In this document: one piece after another, positions 1 through 10,908 of the stretch
Layout of the letters: each line of letters starts with the position of its first letter
Position numbering within the stretch: the stretch's first letter is position 1
Source of the DNA: Paraspadella gotoi
Lineage: Eukaryota > Animalia > Chaetognatha
Assembly (NCBI GenBank): GCA_051294375.1
Contig: CM119269.1
Coordinates: 11,452,883-11,516,882 of the forward strand
Direction of reading: 5' to 3'
Length of the DNA stretch: 64,000 nucleotides
Translations under genes and position numbers: made by a program
Notes under the pieces: model-generated
The model's input: only the letters and a program-made list of their open reading frames with translations
Databases searched by the model: none
Told to the model about the DNA's origin: nothing

Positions 1-324
1 AGACTCAAGATCGAGCCAGAGCCCACTATCATAGAAAATTAATGAAAAAAACCGGGAAAAAACGAATGAATCATGCGATAACGAATTGTTGATGTACTAG
101 TAATTGATTGAGGTAATACTAATTGATTGATGTAATAGTAATTTATTGATGTAATAGGAATTGATTATTGATTCGATGATAATCAATTATGATGCGATGA
201 TAGTCATTCACTGCTGTGATGATAGTCATTCAGTGATGCGATGATTGTCATTCATTGATGCGATGATTGTCATTCATTGATGCGATGATAGTCAATAAAA
301 CAAACAAATGCGTGTATGAGTGAA

Positions 325-365
<41 letters not shown>

Positions 366-691
366 AAGAAAGAGATAAATCCACGAAAATCTCGGATGAA
401 AATATGGGATTTTGTATTGAAAAAAAGCGCGGAATAAATGGCAAAATAAAGTTTTTAGAAGGAAAAAAATAATCAGAATTTTTCAAAAACAAACGATCAC
501 GCAAAAGATCGGACAGATAGACAGACACACACAGAGAGACAGAGAGACAGAGAGAGAGAGAGAAAAAGAGAGAGAGAGAGACAGCCGCTGCAGAGAAAAA
601 GAGAAAGAGAAAGGCGATATATAATAATTAAAAGAGAGAGGAGAGAGAAGCTCTACAGCCCCTTTACTCGTTAAAGAATCAGCAGTACTTA

Positions 692-765
692 TGGCGCGCA
701 CGTAGCGTGAGCTATTCTCTACCCAAAGGACCCGGGTTCGCGCCCTGTTCGCGGCATCGTTTTTT
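692..765 (+). mobile_element. tRNA-derived (SINE-head-like) sequence
   Basis: A-box-like TGGCGCGCACGTAG, B-box GGTTCGCGCCC, then a T-run. It shares ACCCAAAGG.CC.GGGTTC with the tRNA-like part of the mini-LTR element. A related copy lies on the - strand at ~2338-2400. Confidence 0.5.
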
Positions 766-806
766 ACATTAGTGAACCCACATTATATCTAAAAAAATTT
801 TGTAAA

Positions 807-851
<45 letters not shown>

Positions 852-1388
852 AGCTGGACAGACGCTGCAGAGCCGGAACTCGTTTTTAGAAGAAGCAGTG
901 ACGGAGAAAAGAGAGAGAGAGAGAGCGACATATAATTAAAACGTTTTTGTTTGTAAATAAAACATAAACAAATACCAATATTGATATGAAACATGAGAAT
1001 TTTAAAGATCTTGATGATTAGAAGCCATATATGAAAATTCAACTCCCTATGATATCACACTTTCAGAAGCCATGATTGCAAAAAAGCGAGACCGAAAGCT
1101 AAACCGAAAAAAATCTAGACAGGACGGGCTTTGCCGCCTGGCTCGATAATAGAGGATATTTGTTTGTTTTGATAAAATGTAAACAAAACATTAATAACTG
1201 TCCTGACTCAATTTTAAGGACATCGATGATGATAAGCTGAATATAAATTATAATTAATCTATAATTAAATAATTAATTAATTTATTAGCATTACGCGTAT
1301 TATTATTTTAATCTAATAATCCAAATTATATCTGAGATTAATTATCGAGGCAGAAATTCGACTTGTTTGCTCAACTTTTCTTTTTCTT

Positions 1389-1421
<33 letters not shown>

Positions 1422-1861
1422 GTTTATTTTTTAAAAAATGAAGAATAACTTATAATGATATGCATTGTCACATATAAATCAGCTAATGTGACCTATTATA
1501 TATGCAGCACTTTCGCCGAATAATATAATTGCATGCATCACATTATTAAAAAAAAAATTTGTTTTTATTTATTATTGCAACTTTGGACCGGTTGGCCCAC
1601 TATTGGCAAATTATATCTAAAATAGGAGTTGATAAGAGAGATATAGTCAAATTAAACATTACTTTTTTTGTTATTCTGATAATTTGTACTATTATTAAAT
1701 TTATAAATATTTTTAGTATATATATTTAATCATTTTTAACTTTTTTTAAATAATAATTATTTGAGTTGTGATAACTATTTATAAATTAATTAAATATGCA
1801 AATATTAAATTTGACCTCGGTCTGGTTTCTTCCTAAAAAAAGAACAATCTTTTTCTCTCTA

Positions 1862-1894
<33 letters not shown>

Positions 1895-2545
1895 TTTTTT
1901 TCCTTCTAAAAACTTTTATTATCGCCATTTATTCCGAGATTTTCGTGGATTTTTTCCTTCTAAAAACTTTTATTATCGCCATTTATTATTTTATCTCAAT
2001 ACAAAATCTCAAAATACAATAACTTACTTAACCTAGATTTCGTGGTCGTTGCGGAGCAACAAGTAAACAATGTCGAGGAACATGACCTAATAACGCGTTA
2101 CGTGTATAAAAAAAATCAACATGACCCAATTTCATGACGCCGTTGCGAGGCAACGGATAACCGATATAAACGAGAGTGACCTAATAATGCGTCTCGTTGG
2201 AGGGAAAACTCTCTCTCTCTCTCTCTTTCTCACTCTCTCTCCCTCTTTTTTCTCTCTCTCTCTCTCTCTCTCTATGTCCTTTTTTTTTACAAAAAAATTG
2301 TTATTCAGTTTTTTTTTTGCTTTTATTTTTTGAATCAGCAGGGCGCGAACCCGAGTGCTTTGGATTGGGAGGTGCTCGGGCTACCTCCGAGGCTCCCGGA
2401 CGAGTTCAGCTTCTCTATCTCTCTTTTAATTATATGTTGCTCTCTCTCTCTCTTTTTCTCCGTCGCTGTTGCTTCTGATTCTGATTTGTGACGTCGTCGT
2501 CGTCGTCGTCGTCGTTGTCGTTGGCATCACACTTTTGATCTTGCC

Positions 2546-3075
2546 AACTTGCATACTTTTTTAAACTTGCATAATTTTTTAACTTGCATAATTTTTTAAC
2601 TTGCATAATTTTTAACTTGCATAATTTTTTAACTTGCATAATTTTTTAACTTGCATAATTTTTTAACTTGCATAATTTTTTAACTTGCTTAATTTTTCAA
2701 ACTCGCATATTTTTTTCAATTTGCATAATTTTTTGCAACTTGCATTATTTTTTAACTTGCATAATTTTTTCAACTTGTATACTTTTTTCAATTTGCATAA
2801 TTTTTTAACTTGCATAATTTTTTCAACTAGCATAATTTTTCAATTGCATAATTTTTTTAACTTGCATAATTTTTTCAACTTGCATAATTTTTTCAACTTG
2901 CATAATTTTTTCAACTTGCATAATTTTTTCAACTTGCATAATTTTTTCAACTTGCATAATTTTTTCAACTTGCATAATTTTTTCAACTTGCATAATTTTT
3001 TCAACTTGCCATAATTTTTTCAACTTGCATAATTTTTTCAACTTGCATAATTTTTTCAACTTGCATAATTTTTTT
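2546..3075. repeat. 17-18-bp minisatellite (CATAATTTTTTCAACTTG)n
   Basis: About 29 tandem units read directly. Shorter arrays of the same unit occur at ~6925-6980, 25645-25700, 36070-36145 and 50260-50590. Confidence 0.95.
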
Positions 3076-3129
3076 ATGCAAATTGGCTAACAACCAATAT
3101 AAAATTATCCATTCATTTAATAAATAAGC

Positions 3130-3192
3130 TATCTTGCCCCTGACTTTGGACAGGCTTTGGTGGTTTAAGGCCTACATGACTCTTACAAGATA
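3130..3192 (-). ncRNA. Degenerate permuted twister-like ribozyme relic in a dispersed repeat
   Basis: The - strand reads TATCTTG-taa-GAG..GGCC-TTAA-ACC-AC-c..CCTG-TCCA-AA-GT-CAGG..CAAGATA, the same layout as the mini-LTR twister. A second copy is at 52495-52555. Confidence 0.4.
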
Positions 3193-4019
3193 ATAACATA
3201 GCAGGTCCATGCAAGCTTTCAATCAAGACTCTCTCAAAGTCTCGTTTATTCACTCCCAGAGTACCTGGCTTTTCTATCAATGAAGTGGAAAATATTTCAA
3301 AGAATTTTTTTTTTTTTTTTTTTTTATTAATACCAAAAACAGTATTGACAAAATCAAAAACAGTATCAGTGTAAAAAACTAAACTATTAAAATTCAACAG
3401 AAACAAAAGACACTAACGTTTAAATTGACTCATAAATAAATGTTATGGACTAATTCATAAGAAACTATAAAATATAACATTCAAAAACGTTCAAAATTCA
3501 AATTTTTAAACCAAAAAACATCAAGTATAAAAAGGAAGCAACAAGAAACACAAGACACAAACATTTAAATAGACTAACCTCGGTCTATTTTAAAATTAAC
3601 GTTTAACTTTAACATTTAAATTTAACGTTTAAGTGGACTCATAAATAAAATGTTATGTACTAATTCATAAGAAACTATAAAATATAACGTTCAAGAACGT
3701 TCAAATTCAAATTTTTAAACCAAAAAAATCAAGAAACAAAAGACACAAACGTTTAAATGGACTCATCAATAAAATATTATGAACTAATTCATAAGAAACT
3801 ATAAAATACAAGAACAAATACAAATACAAGAACGTTCAAAATTCAAATTTTAAACCAAAAATATGAAAACAAAGACAAAACAAAAAATATAAAGCATAAA
3901 CGAAAAACAACGTTAATAAAAACAAGAACAAAATAAAAAATATAAAGCATAAATGAAATATACCTAAAATGTATAATTATAATGTGTTAAAGTAAAGGGC
4001 AAAAATAGGAATTTTTTTT

Positions 4020-4163
4020 TTATAAAAAATTTATTGTTTAATGTAAAAAACAAAGTTTTATTAGTTTCAACGAATTGTTTTTATTGGAAAACAGACATGT
4101 TTCGGCTTTGGTTTTCAAGCCTTCTTCAGTGTTTGTGAATTAGACAAAATATTGTGCAAAAGA

Positions 4164-4199
<36 letters not shown>

Positions 4200-4520
4200 T
4201 TAAAGTTTCCAACAAAGTGGTGAGACAGAATAGTGGTCAGAGGTGAGGACAGGGTAAGTTGAACACAGATTGAGTGAGTTTTTGAAAAGAAATGAAATTT
4301 GTTAGAGAGAAAGAGAGAGAGAGAGAGATAGACTTAACAGGGATAAATAAATAAAAATATACATTGTGCAATGTACAACAGTAATAAATGTTTAAAAACT
4401 GAAAAAGATTGGTGAGAATTTTTAACAATTGCAAAAGAGTGAATAAATAATTCAATATGTGTACTAATTAGCTAAAGAAATTTGGTGAAATGTGAAGTTG
4501 AAAAATGAAAGAAAGTTTAG
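4020..4520 (-). mobile_element. Penelope-like pseudo-LTR fragment with hammerhead ribozyme
   Basis: Similar to the repeats attached to the GIY-YIG ends at 32415-34560 and 61436-61968. Contains an HHR core at 4094-4129. Confidence 0.7.
4089..4134 (-). ncRNA. Minimal type I hammerhead ribozyme
   Basis: The - strand reads AAACA-CTGAAGA-A-GGCTT-gaaaacca-AAGCC-GAAAC-ATGTC-TGTTT: conserved core, 5-bp stem I, 5-bp stem II, palindromic ACATGT stem III. Confidence 0.85.
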
Positions 4521-5176
4521 TTTATATTTTATTGCTATATAATGTAAAAAACAAAAAATGTCTAGTATAAAAAGTGTTTAATGCGTAAACGTCAAGGTTT
4601 TATTTTTATAAAACGTCATTATAAGTAATTTATAATTACAATGTGTTAAAGTAAAGGGCAGAGGGACCACAATGCTATTAATAGAAATAAAAAACTACAA
4701 TCAATATATATATATCTACATATATACACACATACACATATACATACATATATATATAAGCACGCAAATCAACAGAAGGAGACACTTATAAAACTAAAGA
4801 CGCTAATAAAAACAAAGAGACAAAAAAGACGCTAAAAACGAAATGAGATGCTAACAAAGAGACGCTAAAAACGAAATGAGTATATCACGTATCACGTATC
4901 ACGCTAATTAAAACAAAGAAAATAAAAAAGAAAGAGACGCTAATAAAAATAATGATAATAATAATAAAAACAAAGATGCTAATAAACATACCACATAAAA
5001 ATAAAAATGTGGTCCCACAATACCCAGTACGAGATACCCTCAATGATTAAATAAGTTCCAATAGCCAATTTTAACCCGTTTTATTAAGTTTCCCCACTCT
5101 ATAGTCCCATCCTCATTTAATGTACCCAGTACATTACCCAATAAGATTCGTTTTTTAAAACTTCCCAATCTGCCAC

Positions 5177-6876
5177 TTAATTTGGAGGAGGAGAAGGCGA
5201 AGGCGAAGCTGCGCGCTGATTAATTTTACTCGTTGATCGAGTAACGCGTGTTGTCGGCGCTGGTTGCCTTGATCTGATGCCTGGACGACGGCCAGGCCTT
5301 CTCTCCGGGATGTCCTCTGTGCTTTCGACCTCCAGATCGTCGTCACTGATCCAGGCGGGTTTTACCCGCGCGATGTTAATCGTTTCGCGTCCCGAATTTG
5401 GAATTTCGATTGTCATATTAACTCCACTACGGTTGATGACTCGATAAGGACCATCGTACGGGGGAACAAGAGGAGGATGTACGCCTGCTTTACGTACAAA
5501 TACGTATTTCGCTGAGTTGAGATTCGCTGGGAGGTGGATGGCCGGCTGCTGATGAGCGGAAGTGGGCGTGGGCTGGAGTCGAGCGACCTCGACGCGAAGT
5601 TTTGCCAGTTGATTTTTTCTCTGATGATTAAGCGAGTCGTTATCAACCTGAGTGTCGCCGAGGAGACTCCCTGGTATAGTCAGGCCTTCGCCGAAGACGA
5701 GGTCCGCCGCTGAGGCGCCAATATCTTCCTTTACCGTCGTTCTTATGGCGAGTAGCGTAAGTGGTAGTTTCCAATACCATTTTTCTCTCGCTTCACTTAT
5801 TAACGCCATTATTGATTCCTTGAGTCTCCGGTGAAATCTCTCCACCAAGCCATTTGCTTGTGGATGGTAAGCAGTCATTGTCTGATGTTTTATTCCCCAG
5901 TTTTTCATCAGTTGTTGCCATAACGTTGAGCAAAACTGGCTGCCTCGATCGGTGGTGATAACAGCTGGCGTCCCGAAAATACTAATCCAATTATGGCTTA
6001 GCGCGTCGAGGATCGTCGGCGTTAGTGTATCCTGTATTGGTATCGCCGCTGGCCACCTCGAGAAGCGGTCGACGATTGTCAGCAAGTAGGAGTAGCCATT
6101 CAAACGGGGCATCTTAACGAGGTCTAAATTTAGATGTTGAAAGCGACGCTGAGGCACCTTGAACTCGCCTATCTCTGGTATCACATGTCGTGTTATTTTC
6201 GCTTTTTGGCATTCTACACAGTCACGTGCCCATCGAGTGACGTCTTGTCGCATTGACGTCCATACGAATTTGGCGGCGACGGCTTTCCTCGTTGCTTCTA
6301 TGCCCGGATGGCCGAGTCCATGAATAACGTTGAAAATCTTTTTTCTCCACGTGGCCGGCACAAATGGCCGGGCCGGGCCGTTGGAGATGTCGACGAGCAG
6401 TTCCTGTTCTCCCACGCGGATTTTTCGAAACGTAAGGCCGGCTCTGGCGTCCTCAGAGATTTTTCTAAAGTCTGGGTCGAGTGATTGTTCCTGTGCTAGC
6501 CTTTCGAAGTCGATTTCGAAATTAGTGAGAGAAGCTATAACGGCGTTTACCTCTTCGAGTCGATCTGGCTTGATGCTACGCTCGAGTGGATCGTCGACTT
6601 TTCCTTCTGATGTGGATGTTGAGGTTGGGATTTCCTCCGTGGGTGGTGGTGTTTGAGTTGTTGGTGGCGGATTGTTCGGCCTCGAGAGGGCGTCGGCCAC
6701 CACATTGGCCTTTCCTTTGAGATATCGAATATCAGTTGTGAATTCGGCTATAGCCGACAACTGATATGATTGACGAAGAGTTTGTGGCTCAGTTTTCTTT
6801 CGAATTGCAGAGACGAGGCTCTGATGATCAGTATAGATAGTGAAGGCGCGTCCTTCCACCCAGTGCCGAAAATGAA
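5177..6876 (-). mobile_element. Ty3/gypsy (CsRn1/Kabuki-like) pol fragment: RNase H C-terminus plus integrase
   Basis: Open 560-aa frame with HFRHWVEGRAFTIYTDH (RNase H), the H-H-C-C zinc motif (HGLGHPG...CVEC), DDE core (DLV, TDRGSQF, NGLVE) and GPY module (PYDGPY). 5'-truncated, and no LTR was seen. Confidence 0.93.
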
Positions 6877-9800
6877 CGTTTCAATTGTATGAAAAGACCA
6901 CTCCCTTAAGTATTAGTAATTTTTTATACTTGCATAATTTTTTTAACTTACATAATTTTTTTAACTTGCAGCATTTTTTCGACTTTTAACTATCTAGTTA
7001 TCGAGTTTCATTAGTGAAGCAGTGAGGAAGTTGAAATGTGTGTCCATTTTCTTTGTTTCATATCGATTAAATTATTTTTTGGTTGAATTTCCATTTAATT
7101 ATGATTTACTGCAATATGCAAATTAGATTATGGTAATTTTCTTTGATAGTAAAAAATGGCGAGATCACTATACTTTTAAGATTTTTTTTTTATTTCCCCT
7201 CCGTTTTTTTGAATTTTTCATTTTGTAATTTGTTTTCAACATTTACAATTTTTTGCTCTTAATTTATTTTATTAATTTTTTTTCATTCTCTTCTTTTATT
7301 TTTTCTTTCTCTCTTCCTCTTGGGTCGAGCATCAGTATAGAAAATGAGGCGACTTACCACCGGTCTTTCTCTCTAAACCCTTCCTCTCTCCTCTTTCTCC
7401 GAGCCGGTCTATCCACACGGTCACTTTGCCCTAGCTTTGGCAATGACCTTAGATTGACCGGACACAGTAATAGGGCCGGGGCGACCGTGAGGTCAAGTTG
7501 ATCCGGGCGATGATAAAAGTGGATCAGGAGAGAGCTAGACCCACTTCTTTTCTACTTCTCTTACATCGTTAGCAAATTTGCACCTTCTCCTCACTTTTAT
7601 TATTATCATTTTCGTCTTCGACATGGTGAACCCGACTTAAGATAAGTAGTAGACCTCCCCAGTATCAAAAAATTGTCTCCCAAGTTCTCACTCGGTTCGG
7701 TTTCCGTTATTTATCAATATTAAATAAGTTTTAACTCAAATCCGGGAACAAAATGTGACCGCGTATCAACCAATGAAGCGTCAAAGTCAATTAGCGCAAT
7801 CCTCGTGTTGTAATTTTTATTTTCTCAAAAAAATCTAATGATTTTTCCTTATTGTTAATTTTTATTAAATAATTTGCTACCAATGATTTAAAACTAAATT
7901 AATTATTTAAAAAGTATATTTTTTAAAACAGGGCATCTGTATAAACCGGAAGTAAGGTAAAAATAACCGGAGGTAAAGGAAAAATAACCGGAAGTAGTAA
8001 AATAACCTTTCCTAGAAAAAGGTATAATTTTAGACCAAGGCAAATAAAAAAACTAAAACTTAACATTTGAAGAGCTTATGCCTACAATACAGAGAGTAGG
8101 GAGATACAGTACAGTATATATATATACATATATATATATACATATAATATAACATATAATAGATATTAAGTGTAAGATATAACATAAGAATTATGTTAAG
8201 AGAAAACAAAGTTTTATTGTTTACAAACAACAATTTTTTTTGTTTAAAAAACGGACATGGTTTAATTTTGATTTGTTACGAGATAGACTCTTGGTTGTTT
8301 ATTATTAAATTCATATTTTGCCGCTTAGGAAGTATCTGATTAAGTATTTTAAATGTAGATCTAGGATTGTCAGTCCTTTTTCACTGTTCTTACCCAAAGT
8401 TATAAAAGAGACGTACTTACCTAAAGCTGTGAGGATAAATTACCAATTATTCATGACAGTTAGTAAAAATTTAAAATGTTATATTTGCAATTTTATGATT
8501 AAGTTTAAAGTTGACTATTTTTTAATAAGTTTCTCTTTTTTATGTTGAGAAATAGACTTGCTACATGATTCACACCTCACGCCTGTTTTATATCTACTAC
8601 AATAAATATTACTAAATTGATATTCTTCAAATTTCTATAAAGAAATACAAAGCAGAAAATACTACCTCGTTCACGGCGTTACGGTAAAATCCTCAATAGA
8701 CATTTTTCAACTCTGTGGTTGCAAGAGAGAGAGAAAGAGAGAGGAGAGAGAAAGAGAGATAATGGTTGTCACAAAGAACTAAGAAATAAAGTAAAAGTTT
8801 TGAAAGCCAAATGGTGAAAATGAAATTATCAAATTGTGAATAGTTTGAGTTGCCTCACTTTCTGATTGATTTTAAAAATGACGACAAAGGAGGATTCAAA
8901 AAATGTTCATTACAGTTTAAAATGGCCAACAGGGGAGTAAAAGCATTTGATTTGTTTGTAAACAAGCGCAAATAAAACAAAATCTTGGTAAAAATCATGA
9001 ACGGTCCTAAAACCATTCAAAGTTGGAGGCAATTGCCGGACAGTGATATCAAGTTGATGCTGTTTGGATCAGGGATAAATCTTTTGGGGACAATGCTTAA
9101 TACTACTCAAATGTCCATTGAGCCCGCTGCACCTGTCAAGATCTGAAGTAAGGTGAGCAGTCATCCGTTATTGCTTCTTTTGCAACAGGAGTGACTTCCT
9201 CTATCCAAACTTCCAAAGTATTCTTTTTGAGGGATGCCCGGATCGTGGAGAGACGAACTAAGTTGCTTCGTAGGGTTGACCTTATTTTGCATCCTTAACT
9301 CTGTCTCTTCTCTACTTATCCCCAATCCACTCTCCATTCTCTGTTCTTTGTTAAAAACCTTTATCTCTCTCTAGCTCTACTCTAATAAAGACAGCTTCTC
9401 AGTAATATGTCAATTTAAACTTAATTCCCATTATTTTCAATTATTATTTCCAATTTTTTCAATTATTATTATTACCATTAGTAGAATTAATATTATTATT
9501 ATTATTTTCAATTATTTTTAATTATTATTTTTAAAGAACAAAAATTAGAATGATGGAGATTTAAGTTCGTCTTTTGATCAAGGAAAAACTAAATTTTATA
9601 AAAATCATTGAGAATTAATATGTATTTCAGTTCAATTTGCTCTTTATCTAGCAAAAAGGTTAGGAAAAAAAAATTTGTGGCATTTCCATAAATTGCCTAT
9701 ACAAGTAATTTTTTTACCTGAGGTAAAAAATATTACCTTTAATTTTGAATTGATTGAAGATATGACTAAACTTGCCCAAAACTCATTGCCCATTGCTTGA

Positions 9801-9966
9801 AAAACAAAGATAAAAAATAATTTGTTAGATTATCAGAATAATAAAATATAATAAAAATCTAACTTTTTGTTACATTTAAAATTAATTTCATTAAAATTGG
9901 AACAATAAAAACACTTATAGGCTGAAAAACTTACTTCCGGTTAGGGCCACGCCCCATAATAACAAG

Positions 9967-10653
9967 TATAAGGAATAGGCCTCTGTCTCGTCTCCGTCCT
10001 CCCCTTCGTCTTCTCGCTTTCTTCTCTCTCGTCTTCGAATTCTCAGTCGCTCACGTACATCCCGGATATAACCACTCTCTCTAAAAATATCTCTCCATTT
10101 ACTATTTTCTGTCTCTCTCTCTCTCTCTCTTAGCATCTTGACGTTTAAGACCATAAAATTGAAATTAAGAAAGGCGTCGGGATTCTTGTTGTCGTTGTTG
10201 TCGATGACGTACAAAAATGTGGACTTTGAGAGAGGCGTTGCCGCGCGTCGGACAACATGTAAGGAGCTGATTGGGGACGGCCGCGTCTCCGACACGACCG
10301 TCCGCCAATCGGGAGACTTGGCGATTCTCGACCCCCTCCACATGAGCAAAGATATAAAAGCAACAACTCTGAAGCATCAGAGAGAACCTTATAATAATTA
10401 TTTTTAGTCTCCATTATTTTTGCCTCATATAATTTTGTGAAGTGTTCTTTAACACTTGTAAAGAATAAACTATTTCTGCCATCCTATTTTTGTTGAACCA
10501 AAACCTCTTATTATTTATTCACGATTTGAAAGAAAGAAGAAGGACGAGCAAGAGAGAAAGAATTCGATTAGCGAGCCAGTGGAGTCAGCATAACCGAAGA
10601 ACCCGTAAAGCAACTTTAGGCGACAGTTGTCCCCTTGCTGCAATGATGCTACA
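9967..10653 (+). repeat. 5' LTR (TA...CA termini)
   Basis: Direct repeat of 19426-20103. Begins TATAAGG, ends GCTACA, and has AATAAA near 10464. Confidence 0.93.
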
Positions 10654-10655
10654 AA

Positions 10656-10673
10656 TGGTGGCAGCGGTGGGAT
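10656..10673 (+). promoter_or_regulatory. Primer-binding site complementary to tRNA-Leu
   Basis: TGGTGGCAGCGGTGGGAT starts 2 nt after the LTR and is the reverse complement of the 3' end of metazoan tRNA-Leu(AAG/UAG) (...ATCCCACCGCTGCCA-CCA). Confidence 0.9.
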
Positions 10674-10908
10674 AACTGTGCTGCAAGACGGTTGCTGCAA
10701 GCCTGACTCAGGGCTCGTTGAACATCTCTCTCCGAAGCATTGGTGAAAGGAAGACGGCGATTTTCAACGCGACGACGAGCGAACTAATTGGGTGTTTGGA
10801 AGCCTGAACGACCCGACTTCTACAAGTTTCAGCCCCTCACTCTTGCGGCGCAAATCGCCTTCGTCATCGCCGTTATCGTTTATCGTGCACGCCGACGTCA
10901 TCGACGAC

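Noticed and set aside
2037-2200. GC-richer patch after an AG, considered as an upstream CNG exon
   Set aside because: The frame I read has no S1/S2-like sequence and there is no convincing donor.
292-2478. ORFs rich in SLSLSL or RERERE (also at 31451, 32523, 47272, 55849 and others)
   Set aside because: They are translations of (CT)n/(AG)n microsatellites, not genes.
2430-3059. Repetitive ORFs (FFNLHN)n and (MQVEKI)n
   Set aside because: Open only because the satellite unit is 18 bp.
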